NCBI GenBank assembly: GCA_951406725.2
Contig: OX597829.1
Location: 1,736,001 to 1,800,000, forward strand
DNA: 64,000 bases
Direction of reading: 5' to 3'
Origin: Octopus vulgaris
Lineage: Eukaryota
The first letter of the stretch is position 1, and each line of letters begins with the position of its first letter. Both the position numbers and the translations under genes were made by a program. Shown here one piece after another: positions 12,856-25,431 of the stretch. The notes under the pieces were generated by a model. It did not search any database. It saw only the letters and a list, made by a program, of their open reading frames with translations, and was not told the DNA's origin.

Positions 12856-13082
12856 CCATGTACATCTATATATATTTATGTGCATATATACATGTGTGTG
12901 TGTATCTTTATATATGTATGTACATATACGTATATATAAATATATATATATATATATGTATATGTACGTAGTGTATGTACGTATATATATATAGATAGAT
13001 AGATATAAATCTGTGTGTGTACATATATTTTATGTATACATAGGCATATATGTTGGTGCATGTATACGTGTGTATGTATATG

Positions 13083-13113
<31 letters not shown>

Positions 13114-13121
13114 ATATATAT

Positions 13122-13185
<64 letters not shown>

Positions 13186-13211
13186 GCATATATATGTATT
13201 TATATACATCT

Positions 13212-13360
13212 ATCCTTAACTCTATTTGCATCTTTGTCTTAGAAGCAAACTTGGTATGCGAAAATAAATACTTCAGTTTTACTTCTTGTGGTAACCAATA
13301 AAACACGCGGCTTTTATTCCGATAATTCCTTTTGGCAATTCCAATGGACATTTAACAATG
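13212..13360 (-). repeat. Inverted copy of 6046-6194 inside a TA microsatellite
   Basis: atccttaactctatttgc...ggacatttaacaatg is the reverse complement of 6046-6194. Confidence 0.92.
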
Positions 13361-13383
13361 TCCGTATATACACACATACGCAC

Positions 13384-13434
<51 letters not shown>

Positions 13435-13503
13435 CATACATAAATGTATGTACTTACATATGTGTATATACGTATATATATATAAATACATATATCTCTG
13501 TGT

Positions 13504-13557
<54 letters not shown>

Positions 13558-13654
13558 TTTGATAAGATTTTGCTCGGAATTGTCCCGTGTTTATAAATGG
13601 ACATATTGCATAAATAATTATATTTATACATATTTGTATTCCTTATTTTTTAAA

Positions 13655-14050
13655 ACTTGTTTTAGACCTTGGGCTGCGGTCATGCTGGGGCACCGGCTGG
13701 AAATGTCTGTAACCGAACGAATTGAGACTAGAGCGTTTTAACCTTTTACTTTTTTAAATCTTTTAAAATATATTTTACTTGGTACTTACTCTATGTGTGT
13801 TTTTGCGGGGACCGCTGAAATACGTGGACGTAAACAAACGTTCTCCGGTGTCAAGTAGTAGCGAAGGATAAACACGGGCTCACAAAACACAGGTACAAAA
13901 ACATTTTTATATACGACGAGCTTCTTTTAGTTTCCACTCTGATGATTTTGATCGGTCCGTTGCAGTCGTAAAATATAATTGTCGAACCTGTTACGCAGTA
14001 GGACTGAACCCCGAACTATGTCGCTATGAAACAAACTTTTTACCACATAC
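13655..14050 (-). mobile_element. SINE family B, old diverged copy
   Basis: ggctgcggtcatgctggggcacc...ggacgtaaacaaac...ggactgaaccccgaac...cttttaccaca. Confidence 0.65.
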
Positions 14051-14194
14051 ATAAATATAATATGATATAATATAATATAATATAGTATAATATAATATAA
14101 TATAACACACACTCACGCACACATATACAAAGGAGAGTATATTGAATTCATGTTTAAATATATAATCAAGTGCGCGTGAATGTGTCCTTGTATG

Positions 14195-14406
14195 CACGTT
14201 AGCACGCCAGGCGAAATGCGTAGCCGTATATCCTCGGCCGCTGCGTTCTGAGTTCAAATTCCGCCGAGGTCGACTTTGCCTTTCATCATTTCGGGGTCGA
14301 TTAAATAAGTACCAGTTACGCACTTGGGTCGATGTAATCGACTTCATCCGTTTGTCTGTCCCTGTTTGTCTCCTCTGTGTTTAGCCCCTTGTGGGTAGTA
14401 AAGAAA
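14195..14406 (+). mobile_element. SINE family A
   Basis: acgttagcacgccaggcgaaatg...gtgggtagtaaagaaata. Confidence 0.9.
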
Positions 14407-14832
14407 TATATATATATCTATATATATACACATATCAAAATGTATGCATGTATATGTTTGCGTAGGGATGTGTGCGCGTGTGCGTCTATGTGTGATAGCA
14501 GTAAGTAACGTTGGTGCGTTGAGCATGTCACGCCAAGGGAAGTAACTCCCAGGATACAGTTATCTCTCTTCGAAATTTAAATTATACTTTCATCTTCAAG
14601 GTGTAGGTATATTACAAAATGTGCAATTATTGCTACATAAACGTATTAATGGTTCGATTTTTCCATCTATTTCATTAAATTTAACGCCAAAGACGTATTT
14701 TTGAATACAAAACGAATAAGCTCAAGTTATAATGTGTTTCTATATAAAATTTAAGGGCATCTGTCAAACGAAAATCTTTATCTCTGAAGTGACTCATTTA
14801 TAGCTATAATTTCACACATACACACGCACGTA

Positions 14833-14865
<33 letters not shown>

Positions 14866-14904
14866 GTGCGCGCGCGCGGTAGTATGTTTGTGTGTATGTG
14901 TGTG

Positions 14905-15120
14905 TGTCTGTGTGTCTCAGTTTGTCCTTCTCACCATCGCTTTAAAACCGATGTTGGTATGCGTACGTCCCCATCTTTTGGCGGTTAGACAAAACAGAGG
15001 AATAGAATAAATAATTAAGTACAAGCATACAAGAAATAAAACCTTGATTCGATTTGTTCTACCAAAGACGGTGCTCCAGCATGGCCACAGTGAAATGACT
15101 AAAAAAATAAAGGAATACAA
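14905..15120 (+). mobile_element. SINE family B, 3' half, diverged
   Basis: caccatcgc...ccgatgttggt...cggtgctccagcatggccacag. Confidence 0.75.
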
Positions 15121-15719
15121 GAGTGTTCAATATATATTATATACATATATATTTATTATATATATATATGTAATATATAAATATATTTATTATATATACT
15201 ATGTATATTATATATATTTTTGTATAGATGTATATTATATAAATATATACGTTATATGTATTATATATATTATATATATACAATATATATAATATACATA
15301 TTATATATATATATATATATATGATATATATTATATTTACATATACATATATGTATATTTATTATACATACATATATATATATATCATATATAATATATA
15401 TATGATATAATATAAATATAATATAATATATATATATGTAATATACGTATAATATATATATATTATATAGATTATATATGTGTAGGATATATAATATAAT
15501 GTATATATAATACATATATAATATAATGTATATATAATACATATATATGTATATTTAATATATATGTAATATATAATATCTATATAAATATATATAATAT
15601 ATATATTATGTATATTTATATATTATATATATGTAGATATCTATGTTATATATATTATATATATATAAATGTATAATGTATATATTATATATATTATGTT
15701 ATATATATAGACATTTATA

Positions 15720-15764
<45 letters not shown>

Positions 15765-15793
15765 GTATATATTATATATATGTAATATATATG

Positions 15794-15959
15794 AGGCGTA
15801 GGAGTGGCTGCGTGGTAAGTAGCTTGCGTACGAACCACACGGTTCTGGGTTCAGTCCAACTGCCTTGCACCTTGTGCAAGTGTCTTCTACTATAACCTCG
15901 GGCCGACCAAAGCCTTGTGAGTGGATTTGGTAGACGGAAACTGAAAGAACCCCGTCCTA

Positions 15960-16034
<75 letters not shown>

Positions 16035-16241
16035 GTATGTATGTGTGTCTGTCTTTGTATCCCCCAACATTGCTTGACAACCGATGCTGGTGTGTTTACG
16101 TCCCCATAACATAGCGTTTCGGCAAAAGAGACCAATAGAATAAGTACTAGGCTTACAAAGAATATGTCCTGGGGTTGATTTGCTCGAGTAAAGGCGGTGC
16201 TCCAGCATGGCCAGAATGAAACAAGTAAAAGAGTAAAAGGA
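15794..16241 (+). mobile_element. SINE family B (CORE-type; resembles Octopus OR1-like SINEs), full length
   Basis: aggcgtaggagtggctgcgtggtaag...ggttcagtcc...caccttgtgcaagtgtcttctactata, then (TA)n, then gcggtgctccagcatggcc...aagtaaaagagtaaaagg. Confidence 0.9.
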
Positions 16242-16288
16242 GTATGACATACAAATGTATTATATATATGTAATATATATATTACATA

Positions 16289-17240
16289 TTGGGTTGGCAT
16301 CTAAGTTCCCGCCGTTTTTGTAATTTTGGAATTTATTGCGTTTTTAAATTTTGGAATCTATTATTTTTCGACAATTCTATTTTTGAATCATTTTGGAATT
16401 TTTTTTTCTAGTTAATTTTAGTTAATTTTTGTTTATTTTCAGATCATTAAAATTGAATGTCAAGTTAAGAAAAACGAGCATTTTCGACACCTCCAACTTT
16501 TTGCTTTTAATCAAGCTTCTAAGGCCTCAAAACGTGCTCGCGGCATTTGTGTTGTGTATAGAGAGGGTGCCATAGCTGAATGAACCGATCGTGATTGGTA
16601 TGCCAAGTTCAAAAATGGAAATTTTGACCTCAAAGACGCACCTCGTTCTCGCCGTCTAGTTGAGTTCGATGAAAAGCGATTAAACCAACTTTTTCACGAA
16701 AATTCTCGTTAAATGACAAGGAAACTGGCAGAGAAAATGGGATTCTCCCACACTGCTATAGAGAAGCATCTTCACTCGATGGGAAAGGTTCAGAAGTAGG
16801 GAGCATGGCTTCCGCAGGCTTTAAGTGACAACAACAAAAATCAACGAGCCACTATCTCCGCTGGTTTGCTTACTCGTCACCGCTCAACTCATGGACACAA
16901 GAACGATTTCTTTACCGAATCTTTACTGGCGTCGAAAAGTGGTGCCTGTACATCTATATGAAGCAGCGTAATGAATGGCTTAGCCCCGGTAAAAAAGCGT
17001 CACCGCGCGGGAAACAAGATCTTTATCCGCGTAAAACGATGTTGTGCATATGGTGGGAGTGGGTAGGGATTATCCCTTACAAATTGCCTGAACGGAACCA
17101 AACAGTCAAAGCGGAACTCTGAGTTCAACAGATGGAACGATTCAACACGGCTATTCAAGAGAAAAGACCTAATCGTCAGCATGGAGTTCTTCTGCTGCAC
17201 AACAACGCCCGCCCTCATATCCCCAAAATGACCCAACTGA
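16289..17240 (+). mobile_element. mariner (mellifera-subfamily-like) DNA transposon, 3'-truncated
   Basis: TA followed by TIR ttgggttggcatctaag, which resembles the Ammar1 TIR; decayed transposase follows; no right TIR seen. Confidence 0.9.
16452..17240 (+). pseudogene. mariner transposase pseudogene
   Basis: Manual translation: EHFRH..WYAKFKNGNFDLKDAPRS..GAWLPQAL (WVPHEL motif)..RIFTGVEKW (TGDEKW)..MLCIWW..LLHNNARPH (HDNARPH); at least 4 stops, a frameshift and a mutated start codon. Confidence 0.92.
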
Positions 17241-17922
17241 AATAAACATTAACAATTGTGTGACGTGAGGGCAAATGAGAAATGAAAGTGTCATCTCTGG
17301 AGTTTGCAAATGACCACTATACTGATACGTAACTGGACAGAATAAATTTACATTCTAAAAACGTCTTTGAATAACCAGCCACTCATCTGTTACCATCTGG
17401 GAACTATGTGTGACCCAGTGATAATAAAAAGACTGAAAGGAGGTCTGCAATAAAATAACTTTACTCAACACTTTGCAACTGAATCAGTGGAGGTAAAGAT
17501 GCATCTCATTTACTTGACAATTTATGCACCACATTGCAGAAATCACAATGTAAGTGTATGTGAAAACAAACTGTTACACAGTTGTACCATTGAATTACAA
17601 ATAATGCTCATCTTTTATGCTCGGGTAACCCTACAGCTTCCAAGAGCACAACTGTATTCGCTTTTGCTTAGATAAAATGACAAAATTGTGGGTGTTAAGT
17701 CCCCATGGCGGGGTCTTTCTAACTCGTAAGAAGATGAAATTTTATAAATTACATAACTTGTGTCTAATATCTAAGGTAAAAATTTCATCAACAGCAAAAA
17801 TATAGGAATTTTCATGGGGGTAATGGCCCTTATGCATAGAATATAATTTCCAAATTTCATAAAATAAATTACTAAAATTTGGGAATTGAGGCCCCATTAA
17901 GGTGTTTTATATATATATATAT

Positions 17923-17924
<2 letters not shown>

Positions 17925-17988
<64 letters not shown>

Positions 17989-18021
17989 GGATAGATGGAT
18001 AGATGGATAGATGGATAGATG

Positions 18022-18086
<65 letters not shown>
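17925..18086. repeat. (GATA)n/(GATG) microsatellite
   Basis: Direct reading; a similar tract lies at about 8875-8967. Confidence 0.95.
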
Positions 18087-18087
<1 letters not shown>

Positions 18088-18184
18088 GATATATACACAC
18101 ATACATACATAGATAAATTGATAGATACAACTGAGTGGGCAAACAAAAATATGAGACACAGCCTAGTGCTTTTTTTATGTTGAT

Positions 18185-18825
18185 AAGCCTGGTATTTATT
18201 CTATTAGTTTGTTCTTGTGAAACCAGTAAGTTATGGAGATGTAAATAAATGAACAGCAGTTGTGAAGCAGTGATGAGGGCGAAACACAGAGACAAAGACA
18301 CACACATGCACTTACATATCATCATCACCATCGTTTAACATCCATTTTCCATGCTAGCATGGGTTGGACGATTCGACCGGGGCCTGGGAAGTCAGGAGGC
18401 TGCACCAGGCACCAGTCTGATCCGGCAGTGTTTCTACAACTGGATGCCCTTCCTAACGCCTGGTACTTATTCTATCAGTTTCTTCTTGTGAAACCAGTAA
18501 TTTATGGGGATGTAAATAAACGAACACCAGTTGTGAAGCAGTGATGAGGGAGAAACACAAAGACACACACATAGGCTTACATATATACATACATATATAT
18601 ACAATTGATTTCTTTCAGTTTATGTCTACAAAATCCACTGACAAGGCTTTGGTTGGTCTGAGGCTATAGCAGAAGACACATGCCAAGTTACCACACAGTG
18701 GGACTGAACTTAGGACCATGTGTTTTGGAACCAAGTTTGTTACCACACAGCCACACCTGCACCTAGTCAAAATCGTTCAACCCATGTTAGCATGGAAAGC
18801 GGACGTTAAACGATGATGATGATGA
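18185..18825. mobile_element. Composite of SINE B pieces (minus strand) and two inverted fragments of a (GAT)n-tailed retroposon end
   Basis: catcatcaccatcgtttaacatccattttccatgctagcatgggttggacg (about 18320-18370) vs its reverse complement at about 18773-18825; ggatgcccttcctaacgcc motif. Confidence 0.65.
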
Positions 18826-19119
18826 TATATATATATATATATACATGTAAATTTAAACATAAAATATTAATGGTGAAAAATTGAATATTAATTTGATTAA
18901 TATGAATTGAAAACCAGTGATGTAACATATAAGACCATAGCGGATATCTAGCAAAATGGATGTCTACTATTAATGGTTCATCTCTCTTATATAATAGTTT
19001 GATTTTAATCGTTTCAGTATTAAAGTAAAAGTATCTGACATTACAAGAGAGAGATGTTTTTGCTTCACTTTTAACACGTAATACTGAAACAGTGGAGAAG
19101 GTATGATATTGCTGTGGGC

Positions 19120-19278
19120 TTGCCCTAGGCAAGAAGTTAAAAATATTTTCGCCCATGTCACTACATGGACCCTAAGTAAGACATGTGTAAAATTTGAATG
19201 AAATTGGTTGTGTAGTTCTCAAGTTTTAGGGATTCACACAGACAGACGGACACACATTCTCAGTTTTATATATATAGA
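19120..19278 (-). mobile_element. Helitron-like non-autonomous element, 5' end
   Basis: Minus strand begins A|TCTATATATATAAAACTGAGAATGTGTGTCCGTCTGTCTGTG, typical of Helitron 5' ends; 3' end not identified. Confidence 0.45.
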
Positions 19279-20102
19279 TAAAGAAAATTAAAATGGAACA
19301 AGAACGTAACAGGTGACATCAAAACATCCGACACATGATACAAAAAGTGACAGGAAAAAAACAATGTCAGGTCATTGGAAGCTTTGTATCCTCAGTCGAG
19401 TTCGCGATCATCTTTGCAGTTTTGGCCGGTGTCTTGATATGAGTAGCTATGGATTTCGGTGGGTACTGGCCCTACATCCGACCATAACTGTTTCGAGAAT
19501 TACTTGCTTGTGATTTTTCAAGATTTTAGACTTCCCTATCGTTTTTTCCAGTGTCAGAAAGATGGAATTTAAAAAAAATTTGTGGAGTTTTCGTTTCGGC
19601 TTCCTTTATTCTTTGTTATATCTTTCGTAAATTAATTCAGATGCGTAAGTTTGTACTGTATTGCAATGAGGATATATTATTTGGAACCGTGGTTCTGATT
19701 TTGATATCGTATCTCCGTAATTGGCGGTGATACTAATTATACCCTATGGTTTTCAGGGTAAGTTTTGAGGTTTACGAATGATAACAAATATGACAATTTC
19801 TGGGGTTTTTTCTATACTTTTATTATATGCTTTGTTCTCCGATGCTAGCTTTTATTTCAGTTAAATGTGGGTCATGGGAATATAAATGGCTATTGTTTCT
19901 TTTTAATTGGATTGCATATTTCTTGAGTTTCATTAGGTTTGTGATCTTTTATGTTGCTTTACGAGTAAATAAATTGTTGAATGTGCGTACAGTAGAGCTT
20001 ATGTTTTACATTGTACTGTTATTGTTGAATTTATTTTTCAGTAAAACACGTGAGCTTAGTAAGGTGTGTGTGTGTGTGTGTGTGTGTGTGAATTGTTTTA
20101 CA

Positions 20103-20447
20103 CATGGGTTCTCAACCATTTTTTATCTTTGAACCCCTTTGATTATGTTTTATTCTGGTGGACCCCCGTAGCCATTCTATGTTTTAAAAAACTAGTTTTA
20201 CAGAAACTTCTTTCTAAATTCCTATTTAGATTTTCACCCATTAATTTGTGCAGGACGAACCATGTAAAATGTTAGAGAATTAAATCTGGCTGTTTCTCTC
20301 AACAAATACCAAACCTACATCTAAAGCAGAATTTTTCAGGGGTCCTTAATTACTATTGCGGAACCCCATTTTACTATTTTGTTGTGTGGACCCAAAAATC
20401 TTACGTGGATCCTCATGGGCCATATGAACCCTGGTTGAGAATCACTG
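20103..20447. mobile_element. hAT (Charlie/MER5-like) MITE
   Basis: TIRs catgggttctcaacc / ggttgagaatcactg, with internal (g)gacccc subterminal motifs; TSD decayed. Confidence 0.75.
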
Positions 20448-20715
20448 CTTTAAATGATATTTGGTGGTTTTTGAGTTAGTATTGCGTAGACTTTCTAAAA
20501 CAGTTAGTTTTACAGGGATTTTCGGACCTCTTTCAAACAGATTTATAATTATTGTCGTTCTTTGACAAAATTACGCGCTGTGAGAAATATTTCCCTGTAT
20601 TGCATGCATACCATTTGACTCAGCTTTCTCCCCGTGGCTCTCTTGTCATTTTTATTATTATTTTATTTTTTTTTTTTTACATTATATCCAGGTTTAGTTT
20701 ATAACGAAAATATGG

Positions 20716-22145
20716 TCTGATCATGTTGAGGACGATGAGATAGCTTCAGAGGAAGATTTGACTGCAATTTCTTGCAGGTCGAGCAGCCGCGTAGAGACCT
20801 TCATGGGTACACGATATTGAAATGTAGATGTTATAGCCATTAAATTTATTATTGTTGTTGTTGTTGTAGGAAGTCATGGTGGTGGTGGTGGTGGTGGTGG
20901 AGTTGTAGTCTTATCGTCACTGATGACGACATTGACGGCGGCGGCAGCAACGATGAGGAGGAGAGGAAGGAATCAGAGAAGGGGATACAGGAGGCAGAAG
21001 AGGAGGTTAAGCACCAGATCAATATTCATTCAGGTGGCTTAATCAAAGATGCTCCAGCTGTGACCATCCCATCATTTATTCAGACATGGGATATCTGGGA
21101 CCAATTATTTATTATTAATCTTTTCTTGTTTTTATTGCGGCCTTCTCTCCTTTAGCTCCGATCGAGTAGATCCAGCATCAAACCCGTTCTTGCCCCGGCC
21201 ACCCTGCATCAAATCCGTTCTCGCCCCGGCCACCCTGCATCAAACCCGTTCTTGCCCCGGCCACCCTGCATCAAACCCGTTCTCGCCCCGGCCACCCTGC
21301 ATCAAACCCGTTCTTGCCCCGGCCACCCTGCATCAAACCCGTTCTTGCCCCGGCCACCCTGCATCAAACCCGTTCTTGCACCGGCCACCCTGCATCAAAC
21401 CCGTTCTTGCCCCGGCCACCCTGCATCAAACCCGTTCTTGCCCCGACCACCCTGCATCAAACCCGTTCTTGCCCCGGCCACCCTGCATCAAACCCGTTCT
21501 TGCCCCGGCCACCCTGCATCAAACCCGTTCTCGCCCCGGCCACCCTGCATCAAACCCGTTCTCGCCCCGGCCACCCTGCATCAAACCCGTTCTTGCACCG
21601 GCCACCCTGCATCAAACCCGTTCTTGCCCCGGCCACCCTGCATCAAACCCGTTCTCGCCCCGGCCACCCTGCATCAAACCCGTTCTTGCCCCGGCCACCC
21701 TGCATCAAACCCGTTCTCGCCCCGGCCACCCTGCATCAAACCCGTTCTCGCCCCGGCCACCCTGCATCAAACCCGTTCTTGCACCGGCCACCCTGCATCA
21801 AACCCGTTCTTGCCCCGGCCACCCTGCATCAAACCCGTTCTTGCCCCGACCACCCTGCATCAAACCCGTTCTCGCCCCGGCCACCCTGCATCAAACCCGT
21901 TCTTGCCCCGGCCACCCTGCATCAAACCCGTTCTTGCCCCGGCCACCCTGCATCAAACCCGTTCTTGCCCCGGCCACCCTGCATCAAACCCGTTCTCGCC
22001 CCGGCCACCCTGCATCAAACCCGTTCTCGCCCCGGCCACCCTGCATCTTCCCCACACGCATCATAATGTATCTGCGACTTCATAAATATTTAAGTCCATT
22101 TTTTTAAACGATAGTATATAATGCGAATGAGATTTTATTACGATT
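20716..22145 (+). repeat. 1430-bp tandem duplication, copy 1
   Basis: Identical to 22146-23575 except for one difference I found (aaatccg vs aaacccg); tct microhomology at the junction. Confidence 0.95.
21175..22047 (+). repeat. 31-bp GC-rich minisatellite, 28 units (gcatcaaacccgttcttgccccggccaccct)
   Basis: Head-to-tail units with no spacers; three variant positions (ttg/tcg, gcc/gca, cgg/cga). Confidence 0.97.
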
Positions 22146-23575
22146 TCTGATCATGTTGAGGACGATGAGATAGCTTCAGAGGAAGATTTGACTGCAATTT
22201 CTTGCAGGTCGAGCAGCCGCGTAGAGACCTTCATGGGTACACGATATTGAAATGTAGATGTTATAGCCATTAAATTTATTATTGTTGTTGTTGTTGTAGG
22301 AAGTCATGGTGGTGGTGGTGGTGGTGGTGGAGTTGTAGTCTTATCGTCACTGATGACGACATTGACGGCGGCGGCAGCAACGATGAGGAGGAGAGGAAGG
22401 AATCAGAGAAGGGGATACAGGAGGCAGAAGAGGAGGTTAAGCACCAGATCAATATTCATTCAGGTGGCTTAATCAAAGATGCTCCAGCTGTGACCATCCC
22501 ATCATTTATTCAGACATGGGATATCTGGGACCAATTATTTATTATTAATCTTTTCTTGTTTTTATTGCGGCCTTCTCTCCTTTAGCTCCGATCGAGTAGA
22601 TCCAGCATCAAACCCGTTCTTGCCCCGGCCACCCTGCATCAAACCCGTTCTCGCCCCGGCCACCCTGCATCAAACCCGTTCTTGCCCCGGCCACCCTGCA
22701 TCAAACCCGTTCTCGCCCCGGCCACCCTGCATCAAACCCGTTCTTGCCCCGGCCACCCTGCATCAAACCCGTTCTTGCCCCGGCCACCCTGCATCAAACC
22801 CGTTCTTGCACCGGCCACCCTGCATCAAACCCGTTCTTGCCCCGGCCACCCTGCATCAAACCCGTTCTTGCCCCGACCACCCTGCATCAAACCCGTTCTT
22901 GCCCCGGCCACCCTGCATCAAACCCGTTCTTGCCCCGGCCACCCTGCATCAAACCCGTTCTCGCCCCGGCCACCCTGCATCAAACCCGTTCTCGCCCCGG
23001 CCACCCTGCATCAAACCCGTTCTTGCACCGGCCACCCTGCATCAAACCCGTTCTTGCCCCGGCCACCCTGCATCAAACCCGTTCTCGCCCCGGCCACCCT
23101 GCATCAAACCCGTTCTTGCCCCGGCCACCCTGCATCAAACCCGTTCTCGCCCCGGCCACCCTGCATCAAACCCGTTCTCGCCCCGGCCACCCTGCATCAA
23201 ACCCGTTCTTGCACCGGCCACCCTGCATCAAACCCGTTCTTGCCCCGGCCACCCTGCATCAAACCCGTTCTTGCCCCGACCACCCTGCATCAAACCCGTT
23301 CTCGCCCCGGCCACCCTGCATCAAACCCGTTCTTGCCCCGGCCACCCTGCATCAAACCCGTTCTTGCCCCGGCCACCCTGCATCAAACCCGTTCTTGCCC
23401 CGGCCACCCTGCATCAAACCCGTTCTCGCCCCGGCCACCCTGCATCAAACCCGTTCTCGCCCCGGCCACCCTGCATCTTCCCCACACGCATCATAATGTA
23501 TCTGCGACTTCATAAATATTTAAGTCCATTTTTTTAAACGATAGTATATAATGCGAATGAGATTTTATTACGATT
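22146..23575 (+). repeat. 1430-bp tandem duplication, copy 2
   Basis: See copy 1. Confidence 0.95.
22605..23477 (+). repeat. 31-bp minisatellite, second array with the same variant order
   Basis: Offset exactly 1430 bp from the first array. Confidence 0.97.
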
Positions 23576-23751
23576 TCTAACATTTCATGTGACCAGTTAC
23601 AGGCTCTTGCATTGATACCCTTTCTCTTCCTGATCTTGGTCGTCTCTAGTCTAGCAGCTGTGTCATTAAAGATATTCTAGAAGGTATTCATTATTTGTGA
23701 AATACAGTGTATTAAAGTATTTTCGTCATTCAAACTGCAGCTGTATGTAAT

Positions 23752-23960
23752 TTGTTAGTTAGTTAGTTAGTTAGTTAATTTGGCTCAAAAGCAAATAGCA
23801 AGGCCATGTAGGGGGACATGGAGTTAAGTACAAGGTGGTGTTCATGTAAAGAGTTCAGGTCAAGGGAGGCTTTGAACAAAGCGGTCTTCGGCATCTTCAC
23901 CATCTCGTCTGGCAGCTTGTTCCACGGATCCGCAATTTGTGAGGAAATATGGCTGCTATC
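23752..23960 (-). mobile_element. CR1/L2-type LINE 3' end with (TAAC)n tail
   Basis: Translates to WNKLPDEMVKMPKTALFKASLD (WNxLP...FK..LD C-terminal motif), followed by a short UTR and aactaactaact. Confidence 0.75.
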
Positions 23961-24039
23961 TTTTAACAGGTACATAGACAAAGGAGAACGTTTCTTCGTT
24001 TTGTTGTTTAAGGCACACTATAATTATCTGAACGACAAC

Positions 24040-24328
24040 GGTTGTTTGTTTGTTCCTTCTCGAGCTATGCCTAGCTCATAAGGGCCGGTTTCCCGGTTTC
24101 CTTGGCGTATAGGTTCCCCACCTGGACGGGACGCCGGTCCGTCGCAGGTGAGCTGCAAGATGCAGGCGGAAAGAGTAAGAGAAAGTTGTGGCGAAAGAGT
24201 CAGCAGAAGTTCGCCATTACCTTCTGCCGGAGCCGCGTGGAGCTTAGGTGTTTCGCTCATATTCACACACATCGACCGGTCTGAGATTCGAACCCACGAT
24301 CCCTCGACCGCGAGTCCGCTGCTCTAGC
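24040..24328 (-). mobile_element. tRNA-derived SINE, third family
   Basis: Minus strand tagagcagcggactcgcggtcgagggatcgtgGGTTCGAATCtc (B box), core gcgacggaccggcgtcccgtccagg...gaaaccgggaaaccggccc, (aaac)n tail; a diverged relative lies at about 48980-49190. Confidence 0.75.
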
Positions 24329-24535
24329 TTTTTGTTACCTTTACTTCTTTCAGTCACAGGACTACGGCCACACTAGAGCGTCGCTTCGACGGGTTTAGTC
24401 GAACAAAACGACTCCATAACTTATTTTTTTTAGGTTGTTACTTATTTTATCAGTCTTTTGCCGAATAATACTAAGTTACTGGCGTGTAATCAAAGCAACC
24501 GGTTGTCCAGCATCAGGCAGGTTGGATAAACACAA

Positions 24536-25178
24536 TGCCGAGCACGATAAAAACTAACTTTGGTCTCTTTCTGGAGAAGATTCCAACCCTTTAACCTGGA
24601 GCCAAGAAGTTCAGCTTGCTTTCTCGACAAGTTTGAATCCCACACAAGATCAGTCAGTTCTCCTTGGCTCAACAAATGTGATTCACTTGAAGAACATTTA
24701 GGGTCAAAGTTCATGTCTTCTCTTTCTTTCTCCACCTCTTCATCACTTGACTCGTCATCACTAAGTGTCATTTGTTTTGGAGGGCCAGGTACAGGTAAGT
24801 GTTGATTGTGAAGTGCTGGTCTCGTAGCAGGTTGTAAATTAGGATATTTTACAGTATGCTTGGATTTTGATGTTACACCTTACATATTCGTCATGCAGAA
24901 GTAGCTATCTGAAGTGTGATCTTTGGGTTCTTTCCAAATCATAGGGATGGCAAAAGGCATGAAAGGCATATAGCGTGAATCTTTGGCCCAGACAGTGAGA
25001 AGCTTGACAGAGGTTACACAACACGCACGAGGGGCCCATCCTGGTTGCTGGCTTTACTGTGGAAATAATGCTCATAGCATATTTTAATCATTGATGTGAA
25101 ACGCCGCCTTTGTGACTTTGTTAAGTCAAGGCAAATATAGCAAAAGTTACTTGCGATGTTAATACAGTTTCTTGGCAT
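24536..25178 (-). pseudogene. Chapaev3 transposase, N-terminal pseudogene
   Basis: MPRNCINIASNFCYIC..YEHYF..(frameshift)WAPRACC..MPFAIPMIWKEPKDHTSDSYFC..YPNL..HLLSQGELTDLV..LSRKQAELLGSRLKGWNLL; one stop and a frameshift. Confidence 0.85.
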
Positions 25179-25431
25179 TATGAAGGTGAATGGAATACGT
25201 GAACTTAGTACACAACCGCGTGCCTAACAATACTAAGAAAACATCTATGACTCATCTACTCAATGTTGCCAAGCTTCGGTGATAACTCATTAACTTAGTT
25301 AACTAGACTTATGATTTCACTAGGTTAATTTTATTCATGAACATTTAAATTAGGAATATTTCTTGAACCGTTGGCTTCACATTTCAAGAGCTTTACAGAA
25401 ATTTAGCCCACGTAACAGGAACTGAGAGGGA

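Noticed and set aside
21175-23477. 31-bp repeat arrays as a CRISPR array
   Set aside because: Units are contiguous with no spacers, there are no cas genes, and the context is eukaryotic.
21190-23537. Six proline-rich ORFs of 250-305 aa
   Set aside because: All three frames are open only because the 31-bp unit lacks stops. The starts are TTG codons inside the repeat, and there is no splice or domain evidence.
24270-24328. tRNA gene
   Set aside because: A B box is present, but there is no complete cloverleaf and it continues into a SINE body and tail.
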